A stretch of DNA of 64,000 nt from Patescibacteria group bacterium (GTDB lineage Bacteria; Patescibacteriota; Microgenomatia; 2-02-FULL-39-11), in assembly GCA_023379265.1 (NCBI GenBank), contig JAMCUI010000019.1, positions 9,233-73,232 of the forward strand, given 5' to 3'. Below, one piece after another: positions 21,988 to 30,971 of the stretch. Both the position numbers and the translations under genes were made by a program. The stretch's first letter is position 1, and each line of letters opens with the position of its first letter. The notes beneath the pieces are model-generated. The model had not been told where the DNA came from. It searched no databases and was given only the letters and a program-made list of their open reading frames with translations.

Positions 21988-23241
21988 TTATATAACCTGC
22001 TGATGAATCAGTTTTGCGACTTTTTCACCCATCTCTATGGCATAGTTTGTACCCCTGTCCCATGGGTAGACCATATCCATGTTAGCAATATAGATATTTG
22101 GTAACGGAGTGGTAAACTTAGGCTTAATTTTGGAGTAGTTTAACGGGAATATTGGTTGGGCAAAGGGACCGAAGAATAATTGAGAATTGAGAATTGAGAA
22201 TTGAGAATTGAGCCGGGGATTAATCTTCTTGAGGTATGGCAGGTAAAGATCGAATATTTCCTCTTTAGTCATCTTGAGATACTTATGGTTAGAGGGAAGA
22301 TAGTTTGCTATCCAGGTCAGGTGGTTGCCGCCGTAGTGATTTTCACCAATCATATTGGTTTGGGCGACAACAGCCAGGAAGGGGAAGCCTTTTTCATTTA
22401 TATTTAGCCAATATACTTCGTCTAAAATTCTCTCTTTTGTTATGAGAAGAAGATTGAGGGCGTGTAAGTGTTTTACTGACAATAGTCTATTTTTATATTT
22501 TTCAGGCAATTGGGGAAACATCCTTATGAAGGTAAAAGAAGGAATTGTAACTATCACCCGGTCAAAATCCTTTCTATATTTATTCTCGAATGATTTTCCT
22601 GTAAACACAGTGCACCCCGCTTTTTCCAGTTTATGAGCCAAAGCATCAACAAGCGTCTGATATCCACCTTCCAGGTAACCCAATCTGAGCGTCCTCTTTT
22701 TTATTCTGGCCCAAAACCAGGCCATATTTATTTCTTCTTTGTAACGGCTGAACTTTCCTTCAAGAAGCGGTTCCCAAATGTTGTTGTAGGATTCTTCACC
22801 GAAATATCTTCTTATCCAATCGGTTGCCTTTTGTGATTCCAGTGTTTGTCCTATTGAGGAGGGAATAAGTTTGAGCGCCAGAGTGACAAGACCAGTTCTT
22901 ACTCTATTTCCAAAAGAAAGTGGAGAGAAAGCCAAAAGCTGTAAAGGGGAATTAAATGGGTAAATTTGGCCATTATAATAGTTTGCTGTAAGGGTCTTGG
23001 GGAATATGATTTTTTCACTCAGGCCCAATTTATTTATTAGTGATAGGGCGGCATTGTCATTTGTAAACCAATGGTGATAGTGTCTTTCTACTGACCATTC
23101 CCACCCCGTGGCTTTATAAGTGGCTGCTAACCCCCCTAAATATTTTTCTTTTTCATAAATTGTGACCTGGTGTTTTTTATCTGAGAGGTAGAAAGCTGCT
23201 GAGAGACCCGTAAACCCTCCTCCCACAATTGCTATTTTCAT
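21988..23241 (-). CDS. FAD/NAD(P)-binding Rossmann oxidoreductase (amine-oxidase / UDP-galactopyranose-mutase-like fold)
   Basis: N-terminal KIAIVGGGFTGLSAAFYL dinucleotide fingerprint, then YEKEKYLGGLAAT. A 7-mer microsatellite lies in-frame near the C-terminus. Confidence 0.6.
   Translation of the reverse strand: MKIAIVGGGFTGLSAAFYLSDKKHQVTIYEKEKYLGGLAATYKATGWEWSVERHYHHWFTNDNAALSLINKLGLSEKIIFPKTLTANYYNGQIYPFNSPLQLLAFSPLSFGNRVRTGLVTLALKLIPSSIGQTLESQKATDWIRRYFGEESYNNIWEPLLEGKFSRYKEEINMAWFWARIKKRTLRLGYLEGGYQTLVDALAHKLEKAGCTVFTGKSFENKYRKDFDRVIVTIPSFTFIRMFPQLPEKYKNRLLSVKHLHALNLLLITKERILDEVYWLNINEKGFPFLAVVAQTNMIGENHYGGNHLTWIANYLPSNHKYLKMTKEEIFDLYLPYLKKINPRLNSQFSILNSQLFFGPFAQPIFPLNYSKIKPKFTTPLPNIYIANMDMVYPWDRGTNYAIEMGEKVAKLIHQQVI
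22188..22214. repeat. 7-nt microsatellite (ATTGAGA x about 5) inside a CDS
   Basis: Direct read; encodes SILNSQLF on the - strand. Confidence 0.85.
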
Positions 23242-23270
23242 TTTGGAAAAGTAATGAAGGCTTTTGACAA

Positions 23271-23717
23271 CTATTGAGTAAATTCGACTGTGGGTACATT
23301 GACAATCTTAGTGTTACTTACTACATCTATAGCTGTTAGTTCGGCTTTGCCGGTACTAGTTGATGTGAGGTAGAATTGTGCCTGGCCAATATTGTCGGTT
23401 ACCTGTTGGTCGGCAGGAGAAATAGTGACTCCTTCAAGTGATGACGAAAGTTTGACCGTACGATCCGGTAGCACGTTTCCGTTGACATCCCGCATATATA
23501 CTGAAATTTTTATTTTTGTTCCGGTATTGTCACCGTTTTGGCTTCCAGCAACCCCAACTTGAGGAAAAACGATGACAAATGATTTTAAGGGTGAGGGTAC
23601 AGAATTTTTTGCTCTTAGAATTTGCGATGTGGGTTTTTCCAGCATGACTGTTGACATGGCAGCTATAAAGAGTAGGAAGAAAAGAGTGGAAAGAGTAAGG
23701 AATTTTTTATCTTTCAT
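23271..23717 (-). CDS. Small secreted/membrane-anchored protein, hypothetical
   Basis: N-terminal signal/TM segment and a Thr/Ser/Val-rich beta-like body. Confidence 0.4.
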   Translation of the reverse strand: MKDKKFLTLSTLFFLLFIAAMSTVMLEKPTSQILRAKNSVPSPLKSFVIVFPQVGVAGSQNGDNTGTKIKISVYMRDVNGNVLPDRTVKLSSSLEGVTISPADQQVTDNIGQAQFYLTSTSTGKAELTAIDVVSNTKIVNVPTVEFTQ

Positions 23718-24227
23718 ATATAAATCCGCGCTCCCACAACGACCCGTATGATAATGTTTTCAATATTGTGTCATTTTCCTTTGTCAAAGTCAAATTTGCT
23801 GTTTTAGATATTTTGATATACTAAGTAGTCTTAAAGTCAGAAATAGTGTACATCTTGACAACAGTTTTTGAATTTGCCATACTACGTATGCCCTTCGGAT
23901 AAGGAAATAATTTTGAGATGTTTTTCCACAACAACCTCCGAAGCGGGTATCTTGACAGATTTGTCAGGAGATGGGGTTCAAAGTGTGAGTAATCTGTGGA
24001 TTACTGACCTACCCTCCCTTTAACGTTTCGGGGAAAAATCTCAAAATAGAGCCTATCTCGAAGGGTAGCCATTTCTTCATTTAGGAATTTTTCATTTTAT
24101 ATAAAGCGAAAGAAACAATAGATTTGTCACAAGTTGACAAAAAATCAAAGATTTGATTAAATAATAGAGGCGTTTATAAAATTCCTCAGGAAGTTTTTCA
24201 AGTTTTTATTTTCCCATTTAGAATTTC

Positions 24228-25745
24228 ATGCCAGTAAAGCCCAAAATTATAAAAGATAAAACTATAACCGTAGAGGATGTAATTGGAATCCCCAAAAAAA
24301 TAGAAACGGCGGTAAATAGCGGTAAGAATTCCAAAATATCAACTGGGGTAGACAATGGAAAGGTTTCGGTTACAAATCAGTCTAATGATTTGTTGCAGCC
24401 CGAACCAACTGGTGTGGCACAGTCGGTAACAAGTGGTGTAGCCAAACCAATGGGTTCAATTCCAGAACAACCAGTTTTTTCACCCGCACCTTTATCAACC
24501 ACAGTGGGAGTAGGGAGCGCTCCACAAAATAATGGTATACCAGCTTCCCAGGTGAGAAATTTTGTACCCTCCATAATCTCTTCCTCTTCTACCAATCAAA
24601 ATGGTTATGTAAATAATTATGATAGGATGGTGAATACGCCAACAAAATCAGTTACAGGATTTTTAGATGTTATGTCTGAAGGGCACGGATTTTTACGTCC
24701 GAAGTTTGTTCCAGGGGAAGGGGATATATATATATCACAATCACAGATACGTAAATTTCAGCTTAGGGAGGGAGATGAAGTATCCGGTCAGGCTAGATTG
24801 CCGAAGGAGAATGAACGCTACCTGGGACTTTTGAAAGTAGAAAAGGTAAATGGAAAAGCTGCTGAAGATTCTCTGAAAAGGCCGCATTTTGATAATTTGA
24901 CACCAATTTATCCCAATAAGCAAGTAATGCTTGAGACGGGTAAAACTCCACTTTCAGCAAGAATGATCGATTTATTGTCTCCGATAGGTTTTGGTCAAAG
25001 AGGTCTGATAGTTTCTCCGCCCAAAGCCGGTAAGACTACTATATTGAAAGATCTAGCTCATGGCATAGCGGAGAATTATCCAAAAGTTCATCTTATGGCG
25101 GTACTTATTGGAGAAAGGCCTGAGGAGGTAACAGATTTGAGTCGGGGGGTAAAAGGTGAGGTAATAGCCAGTAATTTTGATGAGGCTCCTGAAGCTCAGA
25201 CTAAGGCGGCTGAGGTTGCTCTGGCCCGAGCAAAGAGATTGGTAGAAATGGGGGTAGATGTAATAATTCTCCTTGATTCCATCACTCGTCTGGCAAGAGC
25301 GTATAATCTTTGTGTAAATCCATCCGGAAGAACCCTCTCAGGAGGGTTTGATCCTGCAGCTCTTTATCCGGCGAAGAGATTTTTGGGGGCAGCCAGGAGT
25401 TGTGAGGAAGGTGGAAGTTTGACTATACTTGGTACTGCTCTTATTGAGACTGGAAGTCGCATGGATGACCTAATTTATGAAGAATTCAAAGGCACTGGTA
25501 ATATGGAGCTTCATCTCTCAAGATACCTTCAGGAACAAAGGGTATTTCCAGCAATTGATGTTGACAAGTCCGGGACCAGGCATGAAGAACTTTTACTCTC
25601 AGCAGATGTTTTAAAGAAGGTTGTCACTTTGCGTCATATGTTTTCACTTCTTGGTGATGGTCAGGAGCGTACTCTTACTCTAATTGAACGGCTTCTCAAA
25701 ACCAAATCAAATAAGGAATTTTTAGAAGGACTTAACAAGGGATAA
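24228..25745 (+). CDS. rho: Transcription termination factor Rho with an N-terminal extension of about 130 aa (low complexity)
   Basis: Walker [10 protein letters not shown] and the Rho signature [24 protein letters not shown] ... [17 protein letters not shown]. The N-terminal about 130 aa are S/T/P/V/Q-rich. Confidence 0.92.
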   Translation: MPVKPKIIKDKTITVEDVIGIPKKIETAVNSGKNSKISTGVDNGKVSVTNQSNDLLQPEPTGVAQSVTSGVAKPMGSIPEQPVFSPAPLSTTVGVGSAPQNNGIPASQVRNFVPSIISSSSTNQNGYVNNYDRMVNTPTKSVTGFLDVMSEGHGFLRPKFVPGEGDIYISQSQIRKFQLREGDEVSGQARLPKENERYLGLLKVEKVNGKAAEDSLKRPHFDNLTPIYPNKQVMLETGKTPLSARMIDLLSPIGFGQRGLIVSPPKAGKTTILKDLAHGIAENYPKVHLMAVLIGERPEEVTDLSRGVKGEVIASNFDEAPEAQTKAAEVALARAKRLVEMGVDVIILLDSITRLARAYNLCVNPSGRTLSGGFDPAALYPAKRFLGAARSCEEGGSLTILGTALIETGSRMDDLIYEEFKGTGNMELHLSRYLQEQRVFPAIDVDKSGTRHEELLLSADVLKKVVTLRHMFSLLGDGQERTLTLIERLLKTKSNKEFLEGLNKG

Positions 25746-25911
25746 ATTATCCTTTTCCCAGCAGCTTTTGCGGCAGTTTTGACTTCTAAAGCTCTATTTC
25801 CTGTTTCAAAAAAGCAAAACCGTGCTGGTAGTTCTTTTTATAAACTTTGATATCCTGTTCTGATTTGAAAAACGGTAGGAAAATATCAAAGTTCTAGTTT
25901 TCAAAAACATA

Positions 25912-27048
25912 ATGAAAATACCGGCAATAACTTTTTTCAGGAGCTACCGTCTACGGACAAAACCTCTTCAGACAAAATTGGGTGGATTTTTCCAGGAAGT
26001 ACAAGATTGGTTACGTTTTCTTTACTATTATTTCCAAAAAAGAATTGTAAAAGGGGCAGTACACTTTGAGAATATAAAAGATGTTTTAGTTGATCTTCTC
26101 TTAGTAAAGCGTGGTCGCTATAGCAAGCATTTCCTTAATATATCTTTTTTGTTTTTGGTTGCAGGCGCAATAGTTGGAGGTCCGGTCATTGCTGATTATT
26201 ATCCTACAGTCCATCCTAATACTTTTGCAGCTGAAGATTATGCAGCCAACACGTCATCATCACTCTCACAGCAGGATTTAACGACAACGACAGTAGTATC
26301 TGATAAACCGAGGTTTGACATTATTGATTATGAGGTAGTGAAAGGTGATACTTTAGCCTCCATTGCAGATAAATTTGGTATATCTGTCGATACCATAAAA
26401 TGGGCCAATAGTCTCAAAACAGAAATGCTTATTCCAGGTCAGTCGCTGAGAATTCCACCCGTTACCGGAATTGTTGCTAAAGTTGCTCCAGGAGACACTA
26501 TCTATTCTTTAGCTAAAAAATACAAATCCGATGCACAGAAAATAGTTAACTTTCCCGCAAACGATTTTGCAGATTTGGATACGTTTGCCCTGAATGTCGG
26601 GCAGACTCTTTTTATTCCGGATGGTGTAATGCCCGATGCGGCGCCTATATACCAGCCGGCCCCTGTACCTCAGTTTATAGCCGGAGGCGGAGGCAAATTT
26701 ATGTGGCCGACACAAGGAGTTATTACCCAATACCCGGTTTCTTATCACATGGCTGTTGATATAGCTAATCCTAGTGCGCCTCCAGTGGCTGCTGCAGGGG
26801 ATGGCGTCATTTCTTATGCAGGGTGTATAACAACAGGCTACGGTTGCCATATAATCATAAACCACGACGGAGGCTACCAGACCCTTTACGCACATTTGCA
26901 GGCAATATATGTGAAGGTAGGACAAAGCGTTAGTAGAGGTCAGGTGATTGGTAAAATGGGCTCGACAGGTAGATCAACTGGTACTCATACCCACTTTGAG
27001 GTCAGACTAAATGGAGTTCTGCTAAATCCTCTTAATTTTCTGAAGTGA
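25912..27048 (+). CDS. LysM-domain M23 metallopeptidase
   Basis: TM anchor, two LysM-like repeats (DTLASIADKFGISVDTIKWAN; DTIYSLAKKYK), M23 motifs HMAVDI and HTHFEV. Confidence 0.8.
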   Translation: MKIPAITFFRSYRLRTKPLQTKLGGFFQEVQDWLRFLYYYFQKRIVKGAVHFENIKDVLVDLLLVKRGRYSKHFLNISFLFLVAGAIVGGPVIADYYPTVHPNTFAAEDYAANTSSSLSQQDLTTTTVVSDKPRFDIIDYEVVKGDTLASIADKFGISVDTIKWANSLKTEMLIPGQSLRIPPVTGIVAKVAPGDTIYSLAKKYKSDAQKIVNFPANDFADLDTFALNVGQTLFIPDGVMPDAAPIYQPAPVPQFIAGGGGKFMWPTQGVITQYPVSYHMAVDIANPSAPPVAAAGDGVISYAGCITTGYGCHIIINHDGGYQTLYAHLQAIYVKVGQSVSRGQVIGKMGSTGRSTGTHTHFEVRLNGVLLNPLNFLK

Positions 27049-27181
27049 CAGTCTTTGTGATAAAATTCCAATAGTGTTTGGTTGATGGTTGGTGATTGTG
27101 TCGGGCTGTCAGCACAGTTGGTAATGCGGGATTTTAAGTATTCCTGTTGTGTTTGCCGCGAAGTCGCATTCGGCCCTAAAA

Positions 27182-27253
27182 CGGGCTCGTAGCTTAATGG
27201 TAGAGCGTACCCTTCGCATGGGTAAGGTTAGGGGTTCAAGTCCCCTCGAGTCC
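27182..27253 (+). tRNA. tRNA-Ala (anticodon CGC)
   Basis: Cloverleaf drawn by hand: acceptor GGGCTCG/CGAGTCC with the G3:U70 alanine identity pair, anticodon loop TTCGCAT, T-loop TTCAAGT. No encoded CCA. Confidence 0.85.
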
Positions 27254-27435
27254 ACAAGAGCTTATTTGCGAGTTAAACATTGCAAATGTGGTCGGGTGCA
27301 AGTCCGATTGGGTCCGCATAGTCACTTTGTTCCTCAGTATAAACATTTCATTCCGTCAAGCGCTAAACTCAGTACGAGTTTCTCCGTTGCACTATTTTTG
27401 CGAAATGCTCTCTTGGAGCAATTAATAGCATCTAA

Positions 27436-27545
27436 TCGGCCAGAATGGTGGAAATCGGCCGATTGTCTTTCGAACATCGTCCGTACTGCCGATAAATCAG
27501 CCTGCAGCCACGAATCGGCCAGAATGGTGGAAATCGGCCGATTGG
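27436..27545 (+). repeat. Two copies of a hairpin-bearing direct repeat of about 31 bp, AATCGGCCAGAATGGTGGAAATCGGCCGATTG (27436-27466 and 27513-27545)
   Basis: Exact match. Each copy holds the inverted repeat AATCGGCC ... GGCCGATT. It lies in a 320-bp noncoding stretch between the tRNA and the next CDS. Confidence 0.8.
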
Positions 27546-27576
27546 AAGAGAACAGGAGTTATTTTATACTACTGTT

Positions 27577-27993
27577 ATGAAATACCAATACTTTATTTCC
27601 TCCCGCTTCCGGAACAGGGATAAAGTCCTTGAATTGGCCTGGAAACTCAGGGAGAAAGGAAAGACGGTTTACTGCTTTCTGGAGTCGCCGACTGTTGCCG
27701 GAAGGGTAGGGAGGGATCCAGAAGAGGATATGAACGAATTTGAAAAAAGAGACTGGAGGAGTGATCTGTATATTCGTAAGGTGTTTGAATATGATCTTGC
27801 GGCGGAAAAGGAATCGGAATGCCTAATTTTGCTTTTGCCTGGGGGAAAGTCAGCACATATTGAGGCTGGAATTGCTTATGGTCTGGGGAAGAAATGTATT
27901 CTTATAGGAGAAGTCAAAGACGCAGAAAGTCTTTATTGTATTTTCAACGAATCTTATCCAACAATTGACGACTTTATAAAAAGTCTTGACTAG
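27577..27993 (+). CDS. Nucleoside 2-deoxyribosyltransferase-like protein
   Basis: Family pattern including the C-terminal block LLPGGKSAHIEAGIAYGLGKKCILIGE, compared with ...DSGTAFELGYAYALGKPVI and its catalytic Glu. Confidence 0.45.
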   Translation: MKYQYFISSRFRNRDKVLELAWKLREKGKTVYCFLESPTVAGRVGRDPEEDMNEFEKRDWRSDLYIRKVFEYDLAAEKESECLILLLPGGKSAHIEAGIAYGLGKKCILIGEVKDAESLYCIFNESYPTIDDFIKSLD

Positions 27994-28052
27994 TTACTTA
28001 TTGTAATATATCTTACAATAAATTATATAATATTTAGAGTGAAGGAGAAAAT

Positions 28053-28457
28053 ATGAAAATGTGTCCAGTGATTCATTTTGAAATGCCAGCAGAAAATAAA
28101 AAGAGAATGTCGGATTTTTACGGGAAAGTTTTTGGGTGGAAGACAAATATGCTAGGTCCTGAGATGAGCGAGTATGTCACGGTTGAGACGACTGAAGCGG
28201 ATAAAAAAACGAGAAGGCCCAAATCCCCTGGGGCAATAAACGGAGGATTTTACCAGAAACCGGACGATCCCTTTGGTCAGTATCCTTCAGTAGTAATTGC
28301 AGTAGATGATATCAAAAAATACATGGAAGAAGTAAAGGCAGCAGGAGGAAGAATACACGGGAAACCAGAGATGATACCAGGAATAGGTTGGTATGTCTCA
28401 ATGATTGATACAGAAGGTAATAGAGTTAGTCTTCTTCAGCCTATCGGTCAAATGTAA
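28053..28457 (+). CDS. VOC/glyoxalase-family protein
   Basis: Good RBS GAAGGAG, a PhnB/glyoxalase-like beta-alpha-beta-beta-beta pattern (VIHFEMPAE..FYGKVFGW), and a size of about 134 aa. Confidence 0.5.
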   Translation: MKMCPVIHFEMPAENKKRMSDFYGKVFGWKTNMLGPEMSEYVTVETTEADKKTRRPKSPGAINGGFYQKPDDPFGQYPSVVIAVDDIKKYMEEVKAAGGRIHGKPEMIPGIGWYVSMIDTEGNRVSLLQPIGQM

Positions 28458-28587
28458 AGTCATTACTCTTCCAGAAAATACAAATTGTACTTATATTCCT
28501 CCATTATTGGAAAAACTTTCTTATTCTGGTAAAATCCTATTCACGATCAGTTTTAGGTTTACCAAGTAAAATTGTGGGTAATTTTCT

Positions 28588-28662
28588 GGGCCCGTAGCTT
28601 AGCGGTAGAGCGCCTGCATGGCATGCAGGAGGTCACCGGTCCAAATCCGGTCGGGTCCACCA
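28588..28662 (+). tRNA. tRNA-Ala (anticodon GGC) with encoded CCA
   Basis: Acceptor GGGCCCG/CGGGTCC with G3:U70, anticodon loop ATGGCAT, T-arm ACCGG-TCCAAAT-CCGGT, and a 3' ACCA. Confidence 0.85.
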
Positions 28663-28886
28663 GTAGAAAGTCTGCTGTCCAAATCCGGTCGGGTCCACCA
28701 GTAGAAAGTCTGCTGTCCAAATCCGGTCGGGTCCACCAGTAGAAAGTCTGCTGTCCAAATCCGGTCGGGTCCACCAGTAGAAAGTCTGCTGTCCAAATCC
28801 GGTCGGGTCCACCAGTAGAAAGTCTGCTGTCCAAATCCGGTCGGGTCCACCAGTAGAAAGTCTGCTGTCCAAATCCGGTCGGGTCC
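28640..28886 (+). repeat. Tandem array of the tRNA 3' end: the last 23 nt of tRNA-Ala(GGC), TCCAAATCCGGTCGGGTCCACCA, are reiterated 5 full and 1 partial times with an identical 15-nt spacer GTAGAAAGTCTGCTG (period 38 bp)
   Basis: Exact repeats read directly. The first copy is the tRNA's own 3' end. Confidence 0.95.
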
Positions 28887-29048
28887 ATTTTGTTCCGACT
28901 TAAAGTCGAGACTCAGTGCAAGCGCTCCGCTCATTTAGTTTGTTCAGTGTAAATACTTCTTGTTGAATGTTATAGGGAATCAGAAGGTATTTTTTGGATA
29001 CAAAACTTCAAACCTATTTATTTCTTGTGTTATACTTGACCAGGAAAT

Positions 29049-29657
29049 ATGGCGCCGCAACTTTCTATCAAACTCGTAGTTTTTAGTATCATTGATGATA
29101 AATTGAGAGTGTTTTTCAAGGATAAAAATTTACCTGTTGGGTTTCCTCAGAAAGATAAATCTTTAGACAACTCTGCGCTCAGTATTCTTCAAAAATATAT
29201 AAAAACAAGTATTTTGGATGATTATGTTGAGCAGCTTTATACAATCTCTTCAGCAGGTGGAGGGAAAGCAGGGATTGCTGTGGTTTATTATATCCTCATG
29301 CCTGGTTATTCAATAAATAGGGAGAATAAGAGCAACTGGATTGACTGTGATAATATAGGTAAAAATATGTCAGAATATGATGTAATATCTTATGCGGTGC
29401 AACGTTTGCGCTGGAAGGTGGAGTATACCAATGTTGTTTATAGTCTATTACTGGATGAATTTACTCTCAGTCAGTTACAGAAAGTGTATGAGGCGATTCT
29501 CGGAAGGGAGCTGGATAAGCGCAATTTCAGAAAAAAAATACTATCTCTGGGGTTACTTAAAAGCACCGGAAAGAAAAAAAAGGGAGAGGTGGCCCGGCCA
29601 GCCACAGTTTTTTCCTTCAAAAGCCGCAAACCTGAATTTGTAAAAGTGTTTTCATAA
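29049..29657 (+). CDS. NrtR-like regulator (degenerate Nudix N-domain with a winged-helix C-domain), tentative
   Basis: C-terminal FTLSQLQKVYEAILGRELDKRNFRKKIL resembles the NrtR DNA-binding domain as recalled. No intact Nudix box is present. It sits next to NAD-salvage-type genes. Confidence 0.4.
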   Translation: MAPQLSIKLVVFSIIDDKLRVFFKDKNLPVGFPQKDKSLDNSALSILQKYIKTSILDDYVEQLYTISSAGGGKAGIAVVYYILMPGYSINRENKSNWIDCDNIGKNMSEYDVISYAVQRLRWKVEYTNVVYSLLLDEFTLSQLQKVYEAILGRELDKRNFRKKILSLGLLKSTGKKKKGEVARPATVFSFKSRKPEFVKVFS

Positions 29658-29715
29658 ATCTCTTTTTTCCTTCTTGATTGTTTTTCCATTCTTCTGTATC
29701 ATGGATGTTTATTAT

Positions 29716-29736
29716 ATAGTGTAATTATTACACTAT
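29716..29736. promoter_or_regulatory. Perfect 21-bp palindrome ATAGTGTAAT-T-ATTACACTAT, 5 nt upstream of the phosphoribosyltransferase start codon
   Basis: Direct read. The GT-N-AC core pattern is typical of NrtR-type operators as recalled. Confidence 0.45.
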
Positions 29737-29741
29737 TCTAT

Positions 29742-30818
29742 ATGAAGTACTGGGACTTTCAGATTACTGAAAAGATTCGCCGGGGATATTTTTCAGCGAC
29801 ATATTTTAATAGGACAAAAAAAATACTAGAAGGTGAGAATAACCGTAACGTGGCTGTCATGCAACTATTTCAGAAGAATGAGGGCAGTGTTATGTGTGGA
29901 GTAGAAGAAGTGATTGAACTATTCAGGATTGGCGCAGGATATTGGGAAGGGGAGGAGTGGGTTAGTAAGTTTGACGAGATAAAGATAGAATCGTTAACCG
30001 ACGGTGATGAATTGCATTCTGGAGAAAGTGTAATGCATATTACCGGTCCCTATGTCTATTTTGCCCATCTGGAATCACTTTATCTAGGGATTTTAGCTAG
30101 GAGGACGCTGGTTGCCTCAAATACAAAAAGGGCTGTGAATGCGGCAGGCGGCAAGCCGGTCATTTTTTTTGCCGACAGGTTTGATCATTTTTTCAATCAG
30201 GAAGGAGATGGCTATGCCGCGCATATCGGAGGCGCGGCGGGTGTCTGTACACAGGCACACACCGCTTGGTGGAATGGGATAGCTTCAGGTACAATACCAC
30301 ATTCACTTATTGCAATGAATGGTGGGAATACGATAAAAGCGGCAGAATTATTTATAAAATACAACAAAGGTGTCAACCTGATTGTCTTAGTTGATTTTGA
30401 AAATGACTGTGTGAAAACCTCGGTTGAGGCAGCAAAAGCTTTGGGTGAAGATTTGTGGGGGGTAAGGCTGGATACCGCACAGAATATGATAGATAAGAGT
30501 TTGGAAAATCAGGGATCAGGAATTAGGAATCAGGAATTATATGGTGTGAATCCGATATTGGTTAAGAATGTGCGTGAAGCATTGGATAAGGAGGGTTTCA
30601 ATAACGTAAAGATAGTGGTTTCAGGAGGATTTAATGCGGAAAGAATAAAAAGATTTGAAGAGGAGAAGGTTTCTGTTGATGTCTATGGTGTAGGTTCTTC
30701 CCTTGTTCACGGACAAAACGATTTTACGGCTGATATTGTGACTATGGATTGGAAAAGAATAGCAAAAACGGGTAGGGAATTCCGGGACAATCCGAGGTTT
30801 AAGTTGGTAAAACCTTAA
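29742..30818 (+). CDS. Type II phosphoribosyltransferase family protein (nicotinate/nicotinamide PRTase-like)
   Basis: C-terminal KIVVSGGFNAERIKRF ... VDVYGVGSSLV fits the NAPRT/NAMPT/QPRT pattern (xxSGGLDxxxI ... FGVGTxL). Confidence 0.5.
   Translation: MKYWDFQITEKIRRGYFSATYFNRTKKILEGENNRNVAVMQLFQKNEGSVMCGVEEVIELFRIGAGYWEGEEWVSKFDEIKIESLTDGDELHSGESVMHITGPYVYFAHLESLYLGILARRTLVASNTKRAVNAAGGKPVIFFADRFDHFFNQEGDGYAAHIGGAAGVCTQAHTAWWNGIASGTIPHSLIAMNGGNTIKAAELFIKYNKGVNLIVLVDFENDCVKTSVEAAKALGEDLWGVRLDTAQNMIDKSLENQGSGIRNQELYGVNPILVKNVREALDKEGFNNVKIVVSGGFNAERIKRFEEEKVSVDVYGVGSSLVHGQNDFTADIVTMDWKRIAKTGREFRDNPRFKLVKP
30516..30541. repeat. 14-nt tandem repeat (ATCAGGAATTAGGA, about 1.8 copies) inside a CDS
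   Basis: Direct read; encodes GSGIRNQEL. Confidence 0.8.
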
Positions 30819-30971
30819 GAAGTCGGTGGTTAATTGTTGGTTGTCTCGCCGCTTGCGGGATCCCGCTGAGGCGGGATGAGTTATCGGTTGTTAGTTATAA
30901 ATATTAAAATTGGCTATTGGTAATTAGGAAATTTCCCTAATTGCTGTTTACCAGTTACAAATTACCAAAAT

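Noticed and set aside
27149-27580. ORF of 143 aa on the + strand
   Set aside because: It overlaps the tRNA-Ala(CGC) gene and the downstream repeat region. It has no RBS and a low-complexity translation.
28640-28886. CRISPR array interpretation of the 38-bp periodic repeats
   Set aside because: The spacers between the 23-nt repeats are all identical (GTAGAAAGTCTGCTG), the repeat is the tRNA 3' end, and no cas genes are nearby. It is a tandem duplication, not CRISPR.
28559-28934. Three overlapping - strand ORFs with repetitive peptide (…WTRPDLDSRLSTGGPDRIWTADFLLVDPTGFGQQTFY…)
   Set aside because: They are produced by the 38-bp tandem tRNA-fragment array. The period is not a multiple of 3, so all three frames stay open. 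This is not coding.
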